Source: Chitinophagaceae bacterium
GTDB lineage: Bacteria; Bacteroidota; Bacteroidia; Chitinophagales; Chitinophagaceae
Direction of reading: 5' to 3'
Assembly (NCBI GenBank): GCA_043787935.1
Contig: JAYVUL010000006.1
Coordinates: forward strand, 1,577-65,576
Length of the DNA stretch: 64,000 nucleotides
The position numbers and the translations under genes were made by a program. The notes beneath the pieces were generated by a model. The model worked only from the letters and a program-made list of their open reading frames with translations. It had not been told where the DNA came from and did not search any database. Of the stretch, positions 50,256-60,307 are shown piece after piece (the first letter of the stretch is position 1; every line of letters begins with the position of its first letter).

Positions 50256-50891
50256 GTGCAGTACTCTCTCCCTTTTAAAATACTCAATCTCCTTCAGGTC
50301 CGCCAAAATGATGGCTGCTTTTCTAGCTGCAGCTTCTTCTTCAATCAACTCCATTGCCTTTGCCCTGTTGGCTTCATCTAAATGGCTGAAGGGTTCATCC
50401 AGTAATAAAAAATCAAAAGGCTGCAACAAAGCCCTGATGATGACAATACGCTGCTGTTCGCCATAACTGCAGGTGCTGCATTGTTTGTGCAGCTTGCTTT
50501 CTATGCCGAGGCGTTTTGCCATTTCAATAATTTTATTTTCGCTGTGGAATGGCGAGAGCAACCTTTTTATTTCTAAATTCTGTATTACCGTTTGTTCTGT
50601 AAACAACCGCAGGTCCTGGAAAACAATGCTGATATGATGCTGCCTGTAAACAGCAAACTTTTCTGCATCAAAATGGCGGATATTTTCCTTTTGGTATAAA
50701 ATATCCCCGGTGTAATCTTTTCTCAACCCATACAAAAAATGTATCAAAGACGTTTTGCCACTGCCGCTCGGCGCAATGATGTGCACATGTTCCCCTTTAT
50801 TTAAAACCACGGGCTGGTTCCATAATTCAGAACTGGAAACACTTTCCCTGTTGAAAAATGCAGGAAGAATTTTTTGCAGTTCAATATGCAT
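50250..50891 (-). CDS. ABC transporter ATP-binding protein
   Basis: Walker A APSGSGKT, Q-loop IVFQD, signature CSYGEQQR, Walker B LLLDEPF. Confidence 0.9.
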   Translation of the reverse strand: MHIELQKILPAFFNRESVSSSELWNQPVVLNKGEHVHIIAPSGSGKTSLIHFLYGLRKDYTGDILYQKENIRHFDAEKFAVYRQHHISIVFQDLRLFTEQTVIQNLEIKRLLSPFHSENKIIEMAKRLGIESKLHKQCSTCSYGEQQRIVIIRALLQPFDFLLLDEPFSHLDEANRAKAMELIEEEAAARKAAIILADLKEIEYFKRERVLHV

Positions 50892-50955
50892 GTAAACCGG
50901 TATTAAAAAATTGCCAGTTCAATTATTGAACTGGCAAAGAGGTGAGGAAGTAAAA

Positions 50956-52671
50956 TTATTTTTCTTTCATACTTGCTGCAGGGGTCGCTGCGGCAGTATC
51001 TTTCAAAGCTGTTACCGCATCTTCAAAGGCCATCATGTCTTCTTTTTGTTTTCTTTTTTTCTGTACCTGTATTTCGGCAAGTTTGCCGGCATACTGGTTC
51101 AATTGCTTAAGGCTGTTGGTATTTTTATCCAGCAGGTTTATTTCAAACGATTGGGTAAGGGCACCCTCTTTAAATTCACCGCCCTTCCATATAATGCTTT
51201 CCCATGTTTTTAGTGAAATATCATAGAGGGCCTTGTCTGCTGAGTCTTTAATGGCCTGCGATTCAAAAGCTTTCATCAACGACTGGATATTCAGGTAACC
51301 GCCAAAAGGCTGGCCGGTTATCCTGTTGATGAAATCAGCATTATTGTTGCCGCCGGCAATATATTTATCTACATTTTCTTTTGAATTGCCAAGTGCAAAG
51401 TAGGTGCCGTTGCTGTTGTATGCAAGGGGTAATCTGGCATCATTTAAAAAAGCCCCGCCTGCTTTCTTCCCTGCATTTACCAGTTTATTAAATGCGTCTT
51501 TATCACCAATAGAGGCAGCAAAAATAAAATTAGCCTGTGGTTTTGGCATGGATGACTTAAATGCTTCTTCGTCCTTAAAGAGATATTTTGAAGTATCTGC
51601 TGCTACTGTAAAATCTGACAGGCCAAACAGGATATCACCTTTATTGGCTTTTACAAAATCTTCGAGGTCAAAGCCAAGTGTAGGTTTAGCCAGGTTTACA
51701 AAGCCATCAAGGTTAAGCATTTTTAGAAATTCACGGATGCCTTCAGGTTGAAAGTTCATGGCGATGATACCAACCATATCTTTGCCGGGCATGCGTTTAA
51801 GCATGTCTTCATTTACTTTTCCGCCACTGTATTTTTTATATAGTTTGGTTAACTCTTCTCCGGCATAACTGAATGTTTTGATATCCATTTTTCCATTTTC
51901 AAAATTTACTGCAGCAGCAGTGATGCTTCCTTTCACCAGTTTTTCCAGATTTACCATGGCCAGCGCCGCTGATGAGGTACTGCTCTTACTCAGTTCTTCA
52001 GTATTCATCCAGAAATGAATATCTCCGGGTTCTTTTAAGAGCTTTGTAAATTTTTCCTCCCTGGCCATGGAGTTGCTTTCCGGTAATGCAAAAATTGATT
52101 TACAGGTAGCGCCAATATCTCTTTGTTTGTGGCTGGTGATATCAATGGAATCATTCATCATTCTTCTTGACAACTGGTCTATCTGGCTTAATTGAGGTGC
52201 ATCAAATACATACACAAATTTTTCTTTGTTCCATCCTATACTCACCGGGAATTTGCTGATAAAGTTTACCCCGTCTTTTTCACTGGCTGATCCATTTTCT
52301 GTTATTTCGGTGTTGAAGGTTTTGAAAATGGTTTCATCTTTAATGCTGCCTTCAAATCCAATATAAGCGCCACTGCTGTCTTTCATCGCAAAGAACAGCA
52401 GGTCTGATGTAATGTCAATACCGGAGCTGGCCGGGTTGTCTAATAATTTTTTTATTGCTGCCGGCAAACTGCTGTCGCTGTAAACTTCTTTTAACAGTGG
52501 ATTGTTTTTTACTTCATCCCAGGGCAATTTAGCCGATAAGGATTTACCCGCTACCTGCACTATAATGGCGGCATTGGAGGGAATTAACTTGCCCTGCTCA
52601 TTTGTTTTTTTACAAGAGGCTAATGAAAGCATTGTGGCGGCTATCAGTAAATATTTAAAACGTACCTGCAT
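50956..52671 (-). CDS. Large lipoprotein (DUF4836-like)
   Basis: Lipobox LASC; first gene of the operon with the ABC ATPase and permease; DUF name is recognised from memory and not verified. Confidence 0.7.
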   Translation of the reverse strand: MQVRFKYLLIAATMLSLASCKKTNEQGKLIPSNAAIIVQVAGKSLSAKLPWDEVKNNPLLKEVYSDSSLPAAIKKLLDNPASSGIDITSDLLFFAMKDSSGAYIGFEGSIKDETIFKTFNTEITENGSASEKDGVNFISKFPVSIGWNKEKFVYVFDAPQLSQIDQLSRRMMNDSIDITSHKQRDIGATCKSIFALPESNSMAREEKFTKLLKEPGDIHFWMNTEELSKSSTSSAALAMVNLEKLVKGSITAAAVNFENGKMDIKTFSYAGEELTKLYKKYSGGKVNEDMLKRMPGKDMVGIIAMNFQPEGIREFLKMLNLDGFVNLAKPTLGFDLEDFVKANKGDILFGLSDFTVAADTSKYLFKDEEAFKSSMPKPQANFIFAASIGDKDAFNKLVNAGKKAGGAFLNDARLPLAYNSNGTYFALGNSKENVDKYIAGGNNNADFINRITGQPFGGYLNIQSLMKAFESQAIKDSADKALYDISLKTWESIIWKGGEFKEGALTQSFEINLLDKNTNSLKQLNQYAGKLAEIQVQKKRKQKEDMMAFEDAVTALKDTAAATPAASMKEK

Positions 52672-52809
52672 GATTTTTTGGTTTGATGTGTAAAATATTT
52701 TGTTAGATTTTTTCTTTTTTTACACCGGCTGTATTTCGTTTTTCATCTTCAGTGGCGTCGCACCCTTTTACTTTTTCAGCGCTGTTGAGCTTTGCCCTCA
52801 ATATCACGG

Positions 52810-52852
52810 CCTCATCCCTCTTATCTCATCTCCCATTGAGAAGGGATGGTGC
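52810..52852 (+). repeat. REP-like element
   Basis: CCTCATCCCTCTTATCTCATCTCCCATTGAGAAGGGATGGTGC. Confidence 0.7.
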
Positions 52853-53097
52853 TTTTTACCAATAGCCAGCATTTTAGTTTCCACATCCTCATTTGTTCTT
52901 TAATGATCATAAGCCCAAACAATCTGTATATTCCGGTAATAGTTCAAATTTTCAGACTCCTGCCTTGGTTCCCCGCAGGCCATCTGGCAGGAGGCGCAAC
53001 TTCGCCAACTTCATTCTTGCCTTAATAAACAATACTTCCCTCTCACTGCAACTCATCAATCACTTTAAAGTTTTGAACTGTTGCCTTGTTTCCCCAT

Positions 53098-54489
53098 TTA
53101 GGGGGCGGAGAGGGTAAAATACTCTGCCAGCCTTTCAAATACCACCACTTCCTGTAACCCGGTTTTTAAATCTTTAACCAGGCAATAATTTTGTTCTATC
53201 TCTTTGCTGCCAATAATCACTGCATAGGCAATCTGTTTCTTTTCGGCATAATTAAATTGTTTATTGATCTTGGTAAACTCATGGTACAACTCGCAGGAGA
53301 TGCCCTTGCTCCTCAACTGCTGCATAATTCCAAAAGCAAAATGGCTTTCTTTTTCACCCATATTAAAGAATAGCACCTTGGTGCCATTTTGCACGTCTTC
53401 CGGAAAAAGATTTAATTCTGTCATCACATCATAGATCCTGTCTACGCCAAAGCTGATACCCACGCCGGGAATTCCGGGCACATCAAATAAACCGGTAAGG
53501 TCATCGTACCTGCCACCGCCACCAATACTGCCAATCTTTACTTCAGCAGGTGCCTTGGCTTCAAAGATGATTCCGGTATAATAATTAAGCCCCCTGGCCA
53601 AGGTGAGGTCTATCAAAATATTATTTTCCGCAGGCAGGTTACTGATCAAAAATTCAAGTTCTTTTATTCCCTGCAGCCCCACGGTGGAATCAGAAAAAAA
53701 GTCTTTTAAAAATTTAATCTTATCTGCATTGCCGGCAGTTGAAGCCGCATTGTTCATCGTAAGATATGATTCAATTATTTCTACCTGGTCTTCATTCAGT
53801 TCTTTTTGCCTCAATTCTTCTTTCACCCGCTCCATGCCAATCTTATCCAGTTTGTCTATTGCAGTGGTAATGGCAACCACTTTGGCTTCTTCATCACAAA
53901 CTTCTGCCAGCGCACTTAAAATTTTCCGGCTGTTTACCCTCAGTTCATATCCATTAATTTTTAAACGGGTAAATACATCATGATAAATAGAAGCGAGTTC
54001 CACTTCGTTTACTAATGAATAACTGCCCACCACATCTGCATCACATTGGGTAAACTCACGGTATCGGCCTTTTTGCGGACTATCGCCCCGCCATACCGGT
54101 TGCACCTGGTAGCGCCTGTAAGGAAATACCAACTTGCCATGATTCATCGCCACATATCTTGCAAAGGGAATAGTGAGGTCATATTTAAGTGCCCTTTCAG
54201 TAAGGTCACTACTGCTTTTACCCTCCAGTACTTTTTCAAAACCAGCTTTTGATTTCTCTATATTTTTTGGATTGCTGATGCCATTGTTTAAAATCTTAAA
54301 CATTAGTTTATCGCCTTCTTCTCCATACTTGCCTATGAGTGTTTCCAGGTTTTCCATTGCAGGTGTTTCCAGTGGTTCAAACCCATAAATCTCAAATACA
54401 TTTTTAATGGTGGAGAAGATATGATTCCGCTTGCGCACTGTATCTGCTGAAAAGTCCCTGGTGCCTTGCGGCATGGATGGTTTTGCCAT
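53098..54489 (-). CDS. hisS: Histidine--tRNA ligase
   Basis: PQGTRDF, YDLTIPFARY, GRYREFTQCDAD, LARGLNYYTG, GGGGRYDDL. Confidence 0.98.
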   Translation of the reverse strand: MAKPSMPQGTRDFSADTVRKRNHIFSTIKNVFEIYGFEPLETPAMENLETLIGKYGEEGDKLMFKILNNGISNPKNIEKSKAGFEKVLEGKSSSDLTERALKYDLTIPFARYVAMNHGKLVFPYRRYQVQPVWRGDSPQKGRYREFTQCDADVVGSYSLVNEVELASIYHDVFTRLKINGYELRVNSRKILSALAEVCDEEAKVVAITTAIDKLDKIGMERVKEELRQKELNEDQVEIIESYLTMNNAASTAGNADKIKFLKDFFSDSTVGLQGIKELEFLISNLPAENNILIDLTLARGLNYYTGIIFEAKAPAEVKIGSIGGGGRYDDLTGLFDVPGIPGVGISFGVDRIYDVMTELNLFPEDVQNGTKVLFFNMGEKESHFAFGIMQQLRSKGISCELYHEFTKINKQFNYAEKKQIAYAVIIGSKEIEQNYCLVKDLKTGLQEVVVFERLAEYFTLSAP

Positions 54490-54549
54490 TTTGTTTAAAC
54501 GTGTAAGGTTAAAATTATTTTAATAGTATTGGATTATAACTGGTTGCTT

Positions 54550-55008
54550 TTACTTGCTGTATTTCTCCACCAGCGCATCACATGCTTTATCGATCAGTTC
54601 ATATACTTCCTCGTAACCTTTTTCCGGCCCGTACCATGGATCAGGAACATCCCTGTTTTTGCCGGGCCAGCATTCATTTAGTAAAAGGGCAACTTTAGCA
54701 TCATCAAATTTATCCCTGGCAATCATCCGTATTTCATTCAGCACATCTCCGGCCATCGCATAAATTTTATCAAACCTTTCAAAATCTTCTTTCACAAATT
54801 TACGGCTCACCTGCCGGCTGATGTCAATGCCATTTTTTAAGGCCACTTTTTGTGACAGGCGGTGCGGCCCTTCCCCCGTATGGTAACCATTGGTGCCGGC
54901 ACTGTCTGCCACCCAGTTAAGCCCTGCCTGATCAATTTTATGTTGTAAAATACCTTCTGCAAGCGGGCTCCTGCAGATATTGCCCAGGCACACCATCAGG
55001 ATTTTCAT
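54550..55008 (-). CDS. Low molecular weight protein-tyrosine phosphatase
   Basis: VCLGNICRSP P-loop, DSAGT, DVPDPWY. Confidence 0.95.
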   Translation of the reverse strand: MKILMVCLGNICRSPLAEGILQHKIDQAGLNWVADSAGTNGYHTGEGPHRLSQKVALKNGIDISRQVSRKFVKEDFERFDKIYAMAGDVLNEIRMIARDKFDDAKVALLLNECWPGKNRDVPDPWYGPEKGYEEVYELIDKACDALVEKYSK

Positions 55009-55012
55009 GGCG

Positions 55013-55020
55013 CAAATATA
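55013..55020 (-). promoter_or_regulatory. Bacteroidota -7 promoter element
   Basis: TATATTTG on the minus strand, 4 bp upstream of the LMW-PTP ATG. Confidence 0.6.
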
Positions 55021-55203
55021 GTTTACTGGTTTCAGATGTTGGTAGCCGTTCGTAAATTACCCGCTGGTAATTTACGGGTGAATTTTTTTCGGGTTTACCT
55101 TAGTCATCCACAAAAATCACCTCTTTATCACCATTTTATAAAACGGTGTTCACCATCTATCCTTCCTTAGTATGTTTGCAAAAACAAAACTGCCTGCTGC
55201 ACA

Positions 55204-55623
55204 ATGAACAACCTGCCCGGAAACACTTCTGATTTTTTTTCTTCCAAACCACCCATTTATGTGCTGCTGGCAGAAGATAATCTCCTGCTGCAGGAGGCAA
55301 TAAAAATGGTATTGGCAAAGAAGGACTTCACTGTGTATGTTGCAAAAAATGGCAAACAGGCAGTAGAGCAAATGAAACAGCACCCAATTGATATTGTTTT
55401 AATGGCTATCAATATGCCGGAGATGAATGGCGTGGAAGCCACACTCGCCATCCGTAGTTTTAATCAATACACTCCTATCATCGCCTTTACCAGTTACGAT
55501 GAAAACTCTATGCTTCAGCCCATCAAAAAAGCAGGTATGAATGGCTTTTTAAGCAAGTATGCTTCTCCCGACCATATTTACCATGTGATCATGCAATATA
55601 TTGGGGTAGGGAAGAATAGCTGA
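55204..55623 (+). CDS. Single-domain response regulator with the phosphoacceptor Asp replaced by Ala
   Basis: VLLAEDN, DIVLMAINMPEMNG, IIAFTS, GFLSK. Confidence 0.85.
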   Translation: MNNLPGNTSDFFSSKPPIYVLLAEDNLLLQEAIKMVLAKKDFTVYVAKNGKQAVEQMKQHPIDIVLMAINMPEMNGVEATLAIRSFNQYTPIIAFTSYDENSMLQPIKKAGMNGFLSKYASPDHIYHVIMQYIGVGKNS

Positions 55624-55762
55624 TTTGATTCCTTCAGTAAAAGTTGATCTCATTCCTTTTCCGGTTATGGAATAAGCTCCCTGCAGCATCTAATTGCAAC
55701 CGGCGCCGGTTTTGAATTTTCAATTTCTCTCCCATTTTTTATCGGAATCAAAACCAACAACA

Positions 55763-56575
55763 ATGAACAGCGAATCAATTTTAACAACCGACCTGCTTGA
55801 TATTCTTTTTGACAAAAGAAACAAAACCTATGGAGCATATATCCTTCGTAAATTTTATCCCAACCGCATCAAAAAAGCTTTGCTGATCATGCTTGGTTTA
55901 GTGTTATTGTTTTCGGCCTTTACCATTTTGCCACAGAACAAAAAACTACCCTCAGGTTACAGGGTAGAGGATGCGGTTTTATTTGCCGAACCACCTGTAG
56001 AAAAAAAACAGCTGGTTGCCAGGCCCAGGCAAAAAATGGGCTCCGTGCCCGTAAAATCCAAGGAGAGAGTTACTAACAGTATGCTTATAGTGCCTGATAA
56101 AGACAGCACAGCTATTTTCCAGGACATCAGTAACCTTTTGAGAGGTAATCAAAATATCATAGTGCCACCCGGTCTGGGAACTGGAAGCTTGCTGCAGGCA
56201 AATGAGGGGTATGGTGTGGTAAATGTACCAGGCCCTGCAGACCCGGAGGAAAGAGATTATGGGCCAGTCGGCAACCCCGATGTACAAGCTTCTTTTCCGG
56301 GTGGTGAAAAAGAGTTAATAAAGTTTTTGCAAAGCAATCTTCGTTCGCCACGGGATTTGGAAGAAGGCGAATTGGTAGAGGTGAAAATAAAATATGTAGT
56401 GGGGTTTGACGGAAACCTGCAAAGTTTTACCGTGTTGAAAGATGGAGGGGAAGCGTTCAACCTTGAGGTAATAAGGGTATTGAAAAAAATGCCCAAATGG
56501 AACCCTGGAAAAAAAGGGGGGCAAAATGTACCTGTTTATTATACAATCCCGGTAAAGTTTACAACAACTGAATAA
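55763..56575 (+). CDS. tonB: Energy transducer TonB
   Basis: DLLDILFDKRNKTYGAYILR N-terminus, TM helix, TonB C-terminal domain (SFPGGE...MPKWNPG...YTIPVKF); ATG 55763. Confidence 0.88.
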   Translation: MNSESILTTDLLDILFDKRNKTYGAYILRKFYPNRIKKALLIMLGLVLLFSAFTILPQNKKLPSGYRVEDAVLFAEPPVEKKQLVARPRQKMGSVPVKSKERVTNSMLIVPDKDSTAIFQDISNLLRGNQNIIVPPGLGTGSLLQANEGYGVVNVPGPADPEERDYGPVGNPDVQASFPGGEKELIKFLQSNLRSPRDLEEGELVEVKIKYVVGFDGNLQSFTVLKDGGEAFNLEVIRVLKKMPKWNPGKKGGQNVPVYYTIPVKFTTTE

Positions 56576-56691
56576 ATATGTGATAAATACTGTAATTTGT
56601 AAGCCCTTATTTAGTCATAAATTTCTGGTGATGCGTAAGGAGATAAGCGTGAATAAAACAGCCGAAACCAAAAAGTAAATCCTTTATAAAA

Positions 56692-56949
56692 ATGGCATTG
56701 GAAGAATTTGAAAAAGAACAAATGACGGAAAGAGAAAAAGGGATATCCCAGATGAGAAGCATCAGTAATTATGGAATGGGCATTTTCCTGGTGATTGCCG
56801 GATTTTTTTTTATGTTTCCTACAAAATATACCTACCGCTTTTTAGATAATTACGATCCTGTGCTAATAAAAATATTTGCAGTGATCTGCTGGGTATATGG
56901 TGCTTTCAGGATTTACAGGGGATACCACAAAAAATATTTTAATGACTGA
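56692..56949 (+). CDS. Small two-TM membrane protein
   Basis: 85 aa with two hydrophobic helices; its stop overlaps the next start (TGATG). Confidence 0.7.
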   Translation: MALEEFEKEQMTEREKGISQMRSISNYGMGIFLVIAGFFFMFPTKYTYRFLDNYDPVLIKIFAVICWVYGAFRIYRGYHKKYFND

Positions 56950-57905
56950 TGAATAATGTACAATTGAAACATACAATAAAGCAGCTGGCGGCGATATTCA
57001 TTTGTTTTTTTTTATTGACAGGCTGCAATGAAATAAAACATCATGGTGCTGCTGATACCACCACAAGCGGTACTATCAATATCAGTGTGGATGAATCTTT
57101 CAGGCCGGTAATTGAGGCGCAGATTAAAGTTTTTGAAGGGTCGTTTCCCGGTACAAAAATTAATGCCGTGTACAAACCGGAAGCAGAATGCCTGAAAGAC
57201 CTGTTTAACGATACTGCAACAAGAATGGTGATCGTAACGAGAGGGCTTTCTGCACAGGAAGCCAGGTATTTTGAAGATACCCTTCACTTTGTTCCCCGGA
57301 GTGAAAAGATTGCTTCTGACGCCATTGCAATTATTGTAAACATAAAAAGCAGGGACAGTATTTTTACCTTGCATGGATTACAGCAACAGCTTTCAGGCGG
57401 GGCCGTCAATAATAAAAAAATAGTGTTTGATGGACTGAATGCCACTAGTGCCATCCGGTTTGCCATTGACAGTATTCTAAAAGGGAAAAAGTTTGACAAT
57501 GACAAGGTGAAGGCAGTTAAAAACAGCCGCGAGGTGTTGGATTATATAGCGTCAGATACCAACGCCATTGGGATGGTGGGCATAAGTTGGATTGGCAACC
57601 CTGAGGACAGTTCGCAGGTTAATATGTTAAGGAAAGTAAAAATAGCCTACGTAAAATGTGAGCCATGTGTAGATTCGCCTTACGTAAAGCCAACACAGGC
57701 GGGCATGATGACCAGGCGCTATCCTTTGGTACGTGGATTGTATTACATACTTAAAGAAAATTATTCAGGCCTGGGATCAGGGTTTGCAGGTTTTTTGCAG
57801 TATGAAAGAGGGCAATTGATTTTCAGCAGGGCTTACCTGTGGCCGGCTAAAATGTCTTTTAATGTTAGAAACGTAATATTAAATCAAAAATTAAAAAAAG
57901 AGTAA
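56949..57905 (+). CDS. PstS-like substrate-binding lipoprotein
   Basis: Lipobox LTGC; SGTINISVDESF, DAIAIIVN, YPLVRGLY. Confidence 0.85.
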   Translation: MNNVQLKHTIKQLAAIFICFFLLTGCNEIKHHGAADTTTSGTINISVDESFRPVIEAQIKVFEGSFPGTKINAVYKPEAECLKDLFNDTATRMVIVTRGLSAQEARYFEDTLHFVPRSEKIASDAIAIIVNIKSRDSIFTLHGLQQQLSGGAVNNKKIVFDGLNATSAIRFAIDSILKGKKFDNDKVKAVKNSREVLDYIASDTNAIGMVGISWIGNPEDSSQVNMLRKVKIAYVKCEPCVDSPYVKPTQAGMMTRRYPLVRGLYYILKENYSGLGSGFAGFLQYERGQLIFSRAYLWPAKMSFNVRNVILNQKLKKE

Positions 57906-57965
57906 GTTAATATTGTGAGATTGCTGGTAAAATTAATATCATTGTAAAGTATTAAATCAAAAAAA

Positions 57966-59699
57966 ATGAGCAAATTTAAATTTGGGATGCTGTTTTTAGC
58001 CACAGTGTTTATTTCAACAGTTTTAAAGTCACAAACAATAGACGAAGGGAAAAAATTCATTTATTATGAAAGATATAGAAGTGCAAAAACTGTTTTTGAA
58101 AAGCTGGTGGTAGCCAATCCTAATAACCCCGATGCTGTTTACTGGTTAGGGCAGGCCATGATTTTACCTGCGGATAATAAGGATATTGAAGGGGCAAAAG
58201 CATTATATCAAAAAACGTTGATGAATAACAGCAGCAGCCCTTTACTTCTGGCTGGTATGGGCCATATTGAATTGCTTGAGGGCAAAATTCAGGATGCCAG
58301 GAATCGTTTTGAAACAGCCCTCAGTCTCAGCCAGGGCAAAATTGCTGCGGTGCTCAATGCCATTGGATTTGCCAATGTTGATGCTGATAAAGGAGATGCT
58401 GAATATGCTGTGGAAAAATTGAAGCTGGCCACCACTTTAAAAAATATGAAAGACCCTGATGTATACAACAATTTGGGTGATGCCTATAAAAAACTGCTGG
58501 AGGGTGGGCCTGCACAAACCGCCTACGAATCAGCAATCGCTGTGAGCCCTAATTATGCAAGGGGATCTTACCGGATAGGAAAAATATACCAGACACAAGG
58601 CCAGGGGCAGGAGGAAATTTATATGAGATATTATAATGATGCCATAGCAAAGGACCCATCTTATGGCCCCGTTTACGAAAATTTATACCAGTATTATTAC
58701 CTTACCAATGTTGGTAAATCAGCCGAGTACCTCGATAAATATTTGGCCAATACTGATGATGATCCCAAGAATTGTTATTACAGGGCTTCCATGAAATATG
58801 CACAGGGGCTTTTTGCGGAATCTATTTCAAAAGCAGAAGAGTGCATTAAAACAGAAGGCGCAACACCATACCCTAATTTATATGGATTAGAGGCATATGC
58901 CTATGACAGGCTGGGGGATTCTATCAATTCAAAAAAATATTTTGATATTTATTTTGCTAAGCAAAACCCCGATAAGATAGGCCCTACAGATAGAAAAACG
59001 TATGCAAAAGTTTTACTTAAGGATACCCTTCCCGGTAACGAAGCTTTAGCCGGAGAAAATATAGATAAAGCGGTATTGGCTGATACTACGGAAAATGGTA
59101 AAGTTTTATTGCTGAAAGATATGGCTGCTCACTTTGAAGGGAAAAGAAAATTTAAAGCGGCAGCAGACTGGTACAGTAAGATTGTAAGTGTAAGGAAGGA
59201 TCCTAGAAAAACGGACTTGTATAATGCAGGATATAATTATTTCCGTTGTGGCGATTATACTGCTGCTATCACTGTATTTAATACGTACAGCCAAAAATTC
59301 CCTGAAGATGCTTTCGGATACTATATGGCGGGAAAAGCAAACTGGGCAATTGATTCTACATTTGCGTTGGCATTGGCAAATCCTTCTTTTGAAAAAGCAA
59401 TTGAAGTAGGGCAAAAAGACAGTTTGAAATACAAGCCACAGTTGATCGGGAGTTACAAGTATTTCATTGTGTATTCCGTTTATAAAAAGGATAAATCAGC
59501 TGCATTAAGTTATTGTGATAAGGTATTGGCTATTGATCCTAACGATGCAGAAACTGTAAGTAACAAAGCCACCATCGCCACGATGAACTTTAATGCACCT
59601 GCACCTAAACCAAAGCAAACCCCAGCTGCACCCAAACAGTCGGGAGGTAAAACGGCTGAAAAAAGCAGTGGAACAAAAGCGGCAGCGGCCCAAAAATGA
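57966..59699 (+). CDS. Tetratricopeptide repeat protein
   Basis: Signal peptide; multiple TPR units (AVYWLGQA, VYNNLGDAY, GSYRIGKIY, YYMAGKANW). Confidence 0.88.
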   Translation: MSKFKFGMLFLATVFISTVLKSQTIDEGKKFIYYERYRSAKTVFEKLVVANPNNPDAVYWLGQAMILPADNKDIEGAKALYQKTLMNNSSSPLLLAGMGHIELLEGKIQDARNRFETALSLSQGKIAAVLNAIGFANVDADKGDAEYAVEKLKLATTLKNMKDPDVYNNLGDAYKKLLEGGPAQTAYESAIAVSPNYARGSYRIGKIYQTQGQGQEEIYMRYYNDAIAKDPSYGPVYENLYQYYYLTNVGKSAEYLDKYLANTDDDPKNCYYRASMKYAQGLFAESISKAEECIKTEGATPYPNLYGLEAYAYDRLGDSINSKKYFDIYFAKQNPDKIGPTDRKTYAKVLLKDTLPGNEALAGENIDKAVLADTTENGKVLLLKDMAAHFEGKRKFKAAADWYSKIVSVRKDPRKTDLYNAGYNYFRCGDYTAAITVFNTYSQKFPEDAFGYYMAGKANWAIDSTFALALANPSFEKAIEVGQKDSLKYKPQLIGSYKYFIVYSVYKKDKSAALSYCDKVLAIDPNDAETVSNKATIATMNFNAPAPKPKQTPAAPKQSGGKTAEKSSGTKAAAAQK

Positions 59700-59722
59700 T
59701 AAAAACTTAAAGGAAATATACT

Positions 59723-59758
59723 ATCCCCATTTTGAACTGAATGGGGATTTTCTTTTTT
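59723..59758 (+). terminator. Rho-independent terminator
   Basis: ATCCCCAT-N10-ATGGGGAT followed by TTTCTTTTTT. Confidence 0.75.
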
Positions 59759-59791
59759 AAAAACTAAGATTGTTTTTTGCTAACCCTGCCT

Positions 59792-59799
59792 TATTTTTG
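59792..59799 (+). promoter_or_regulatory. Bacteroidota -7 promoter element of the nuo operon
   Basis: TATTTTTG 4 bp before the ATG at 59804. Confidence 0.6.
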
Positions 59800-59803
59800 C
59801 CAG

Positions 59804-60199
59804 ATGCAATTCTATCTACTCCAGGCCAGTGATGTAAACAGCGCTGCAAATTATTTGCCCATAGGTATCCAGCTTATTTTTGCCATCGGTTTTATTGCCA
59901 CCATGATGGTGTTAACACATAAATTTGGGCCCAAGCGAAAAGGCACTGATAAGTTACAGAATTTTGAAAGTGGCATTGAAATAAAGGGTAACGCAAGGCA
60001 GCCAATGGCGATCAAATATTTTTTAGTGGCTATCCTGTTTGTGCTGTTTGATGTGGAGGTAATTTTCTTCTACCCTTATGCCGTTAATTTCAGAGAGCTT
60101 GGCTGGAATGGATTTTTGGCCGTAGTAATGTTTGTAGGATTATTCATTGCCGGCTTTATCTATATAATTAAAAAAGGGGCTTTGGATTGGGAAGATTAA
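59804..60199 (+). CDS. nuoA: NADH-quinone oxidoreductase subunit A
   Basis: FESG, YFLVAILFVLFDVEVIFFYP, KKGALDWE; ATG 59804. Confidence 0.96.
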   Translation: MQFYLLQASDVNSAANYLPIGIQLIFAIGFIATMMVLTHKFGPKRKGTDKLQNFESGIEIKGNARQPMAIKYFLVAILFVLFDVEVIFFYPYAVNFRELGWNGFLAVVMFVGLFIAGFIYIIKKGALDWED

Positions 60200-60307
60200 C
60201 TGATGGGCATATTTGAAAAAGTGCAGTGGACAACATTATGATGTAAAAATTGTTTTCTGTGTACCAATATTCAAATGGCGTAATTTTCAAATTTTCAAAT
60301 TAAATAA

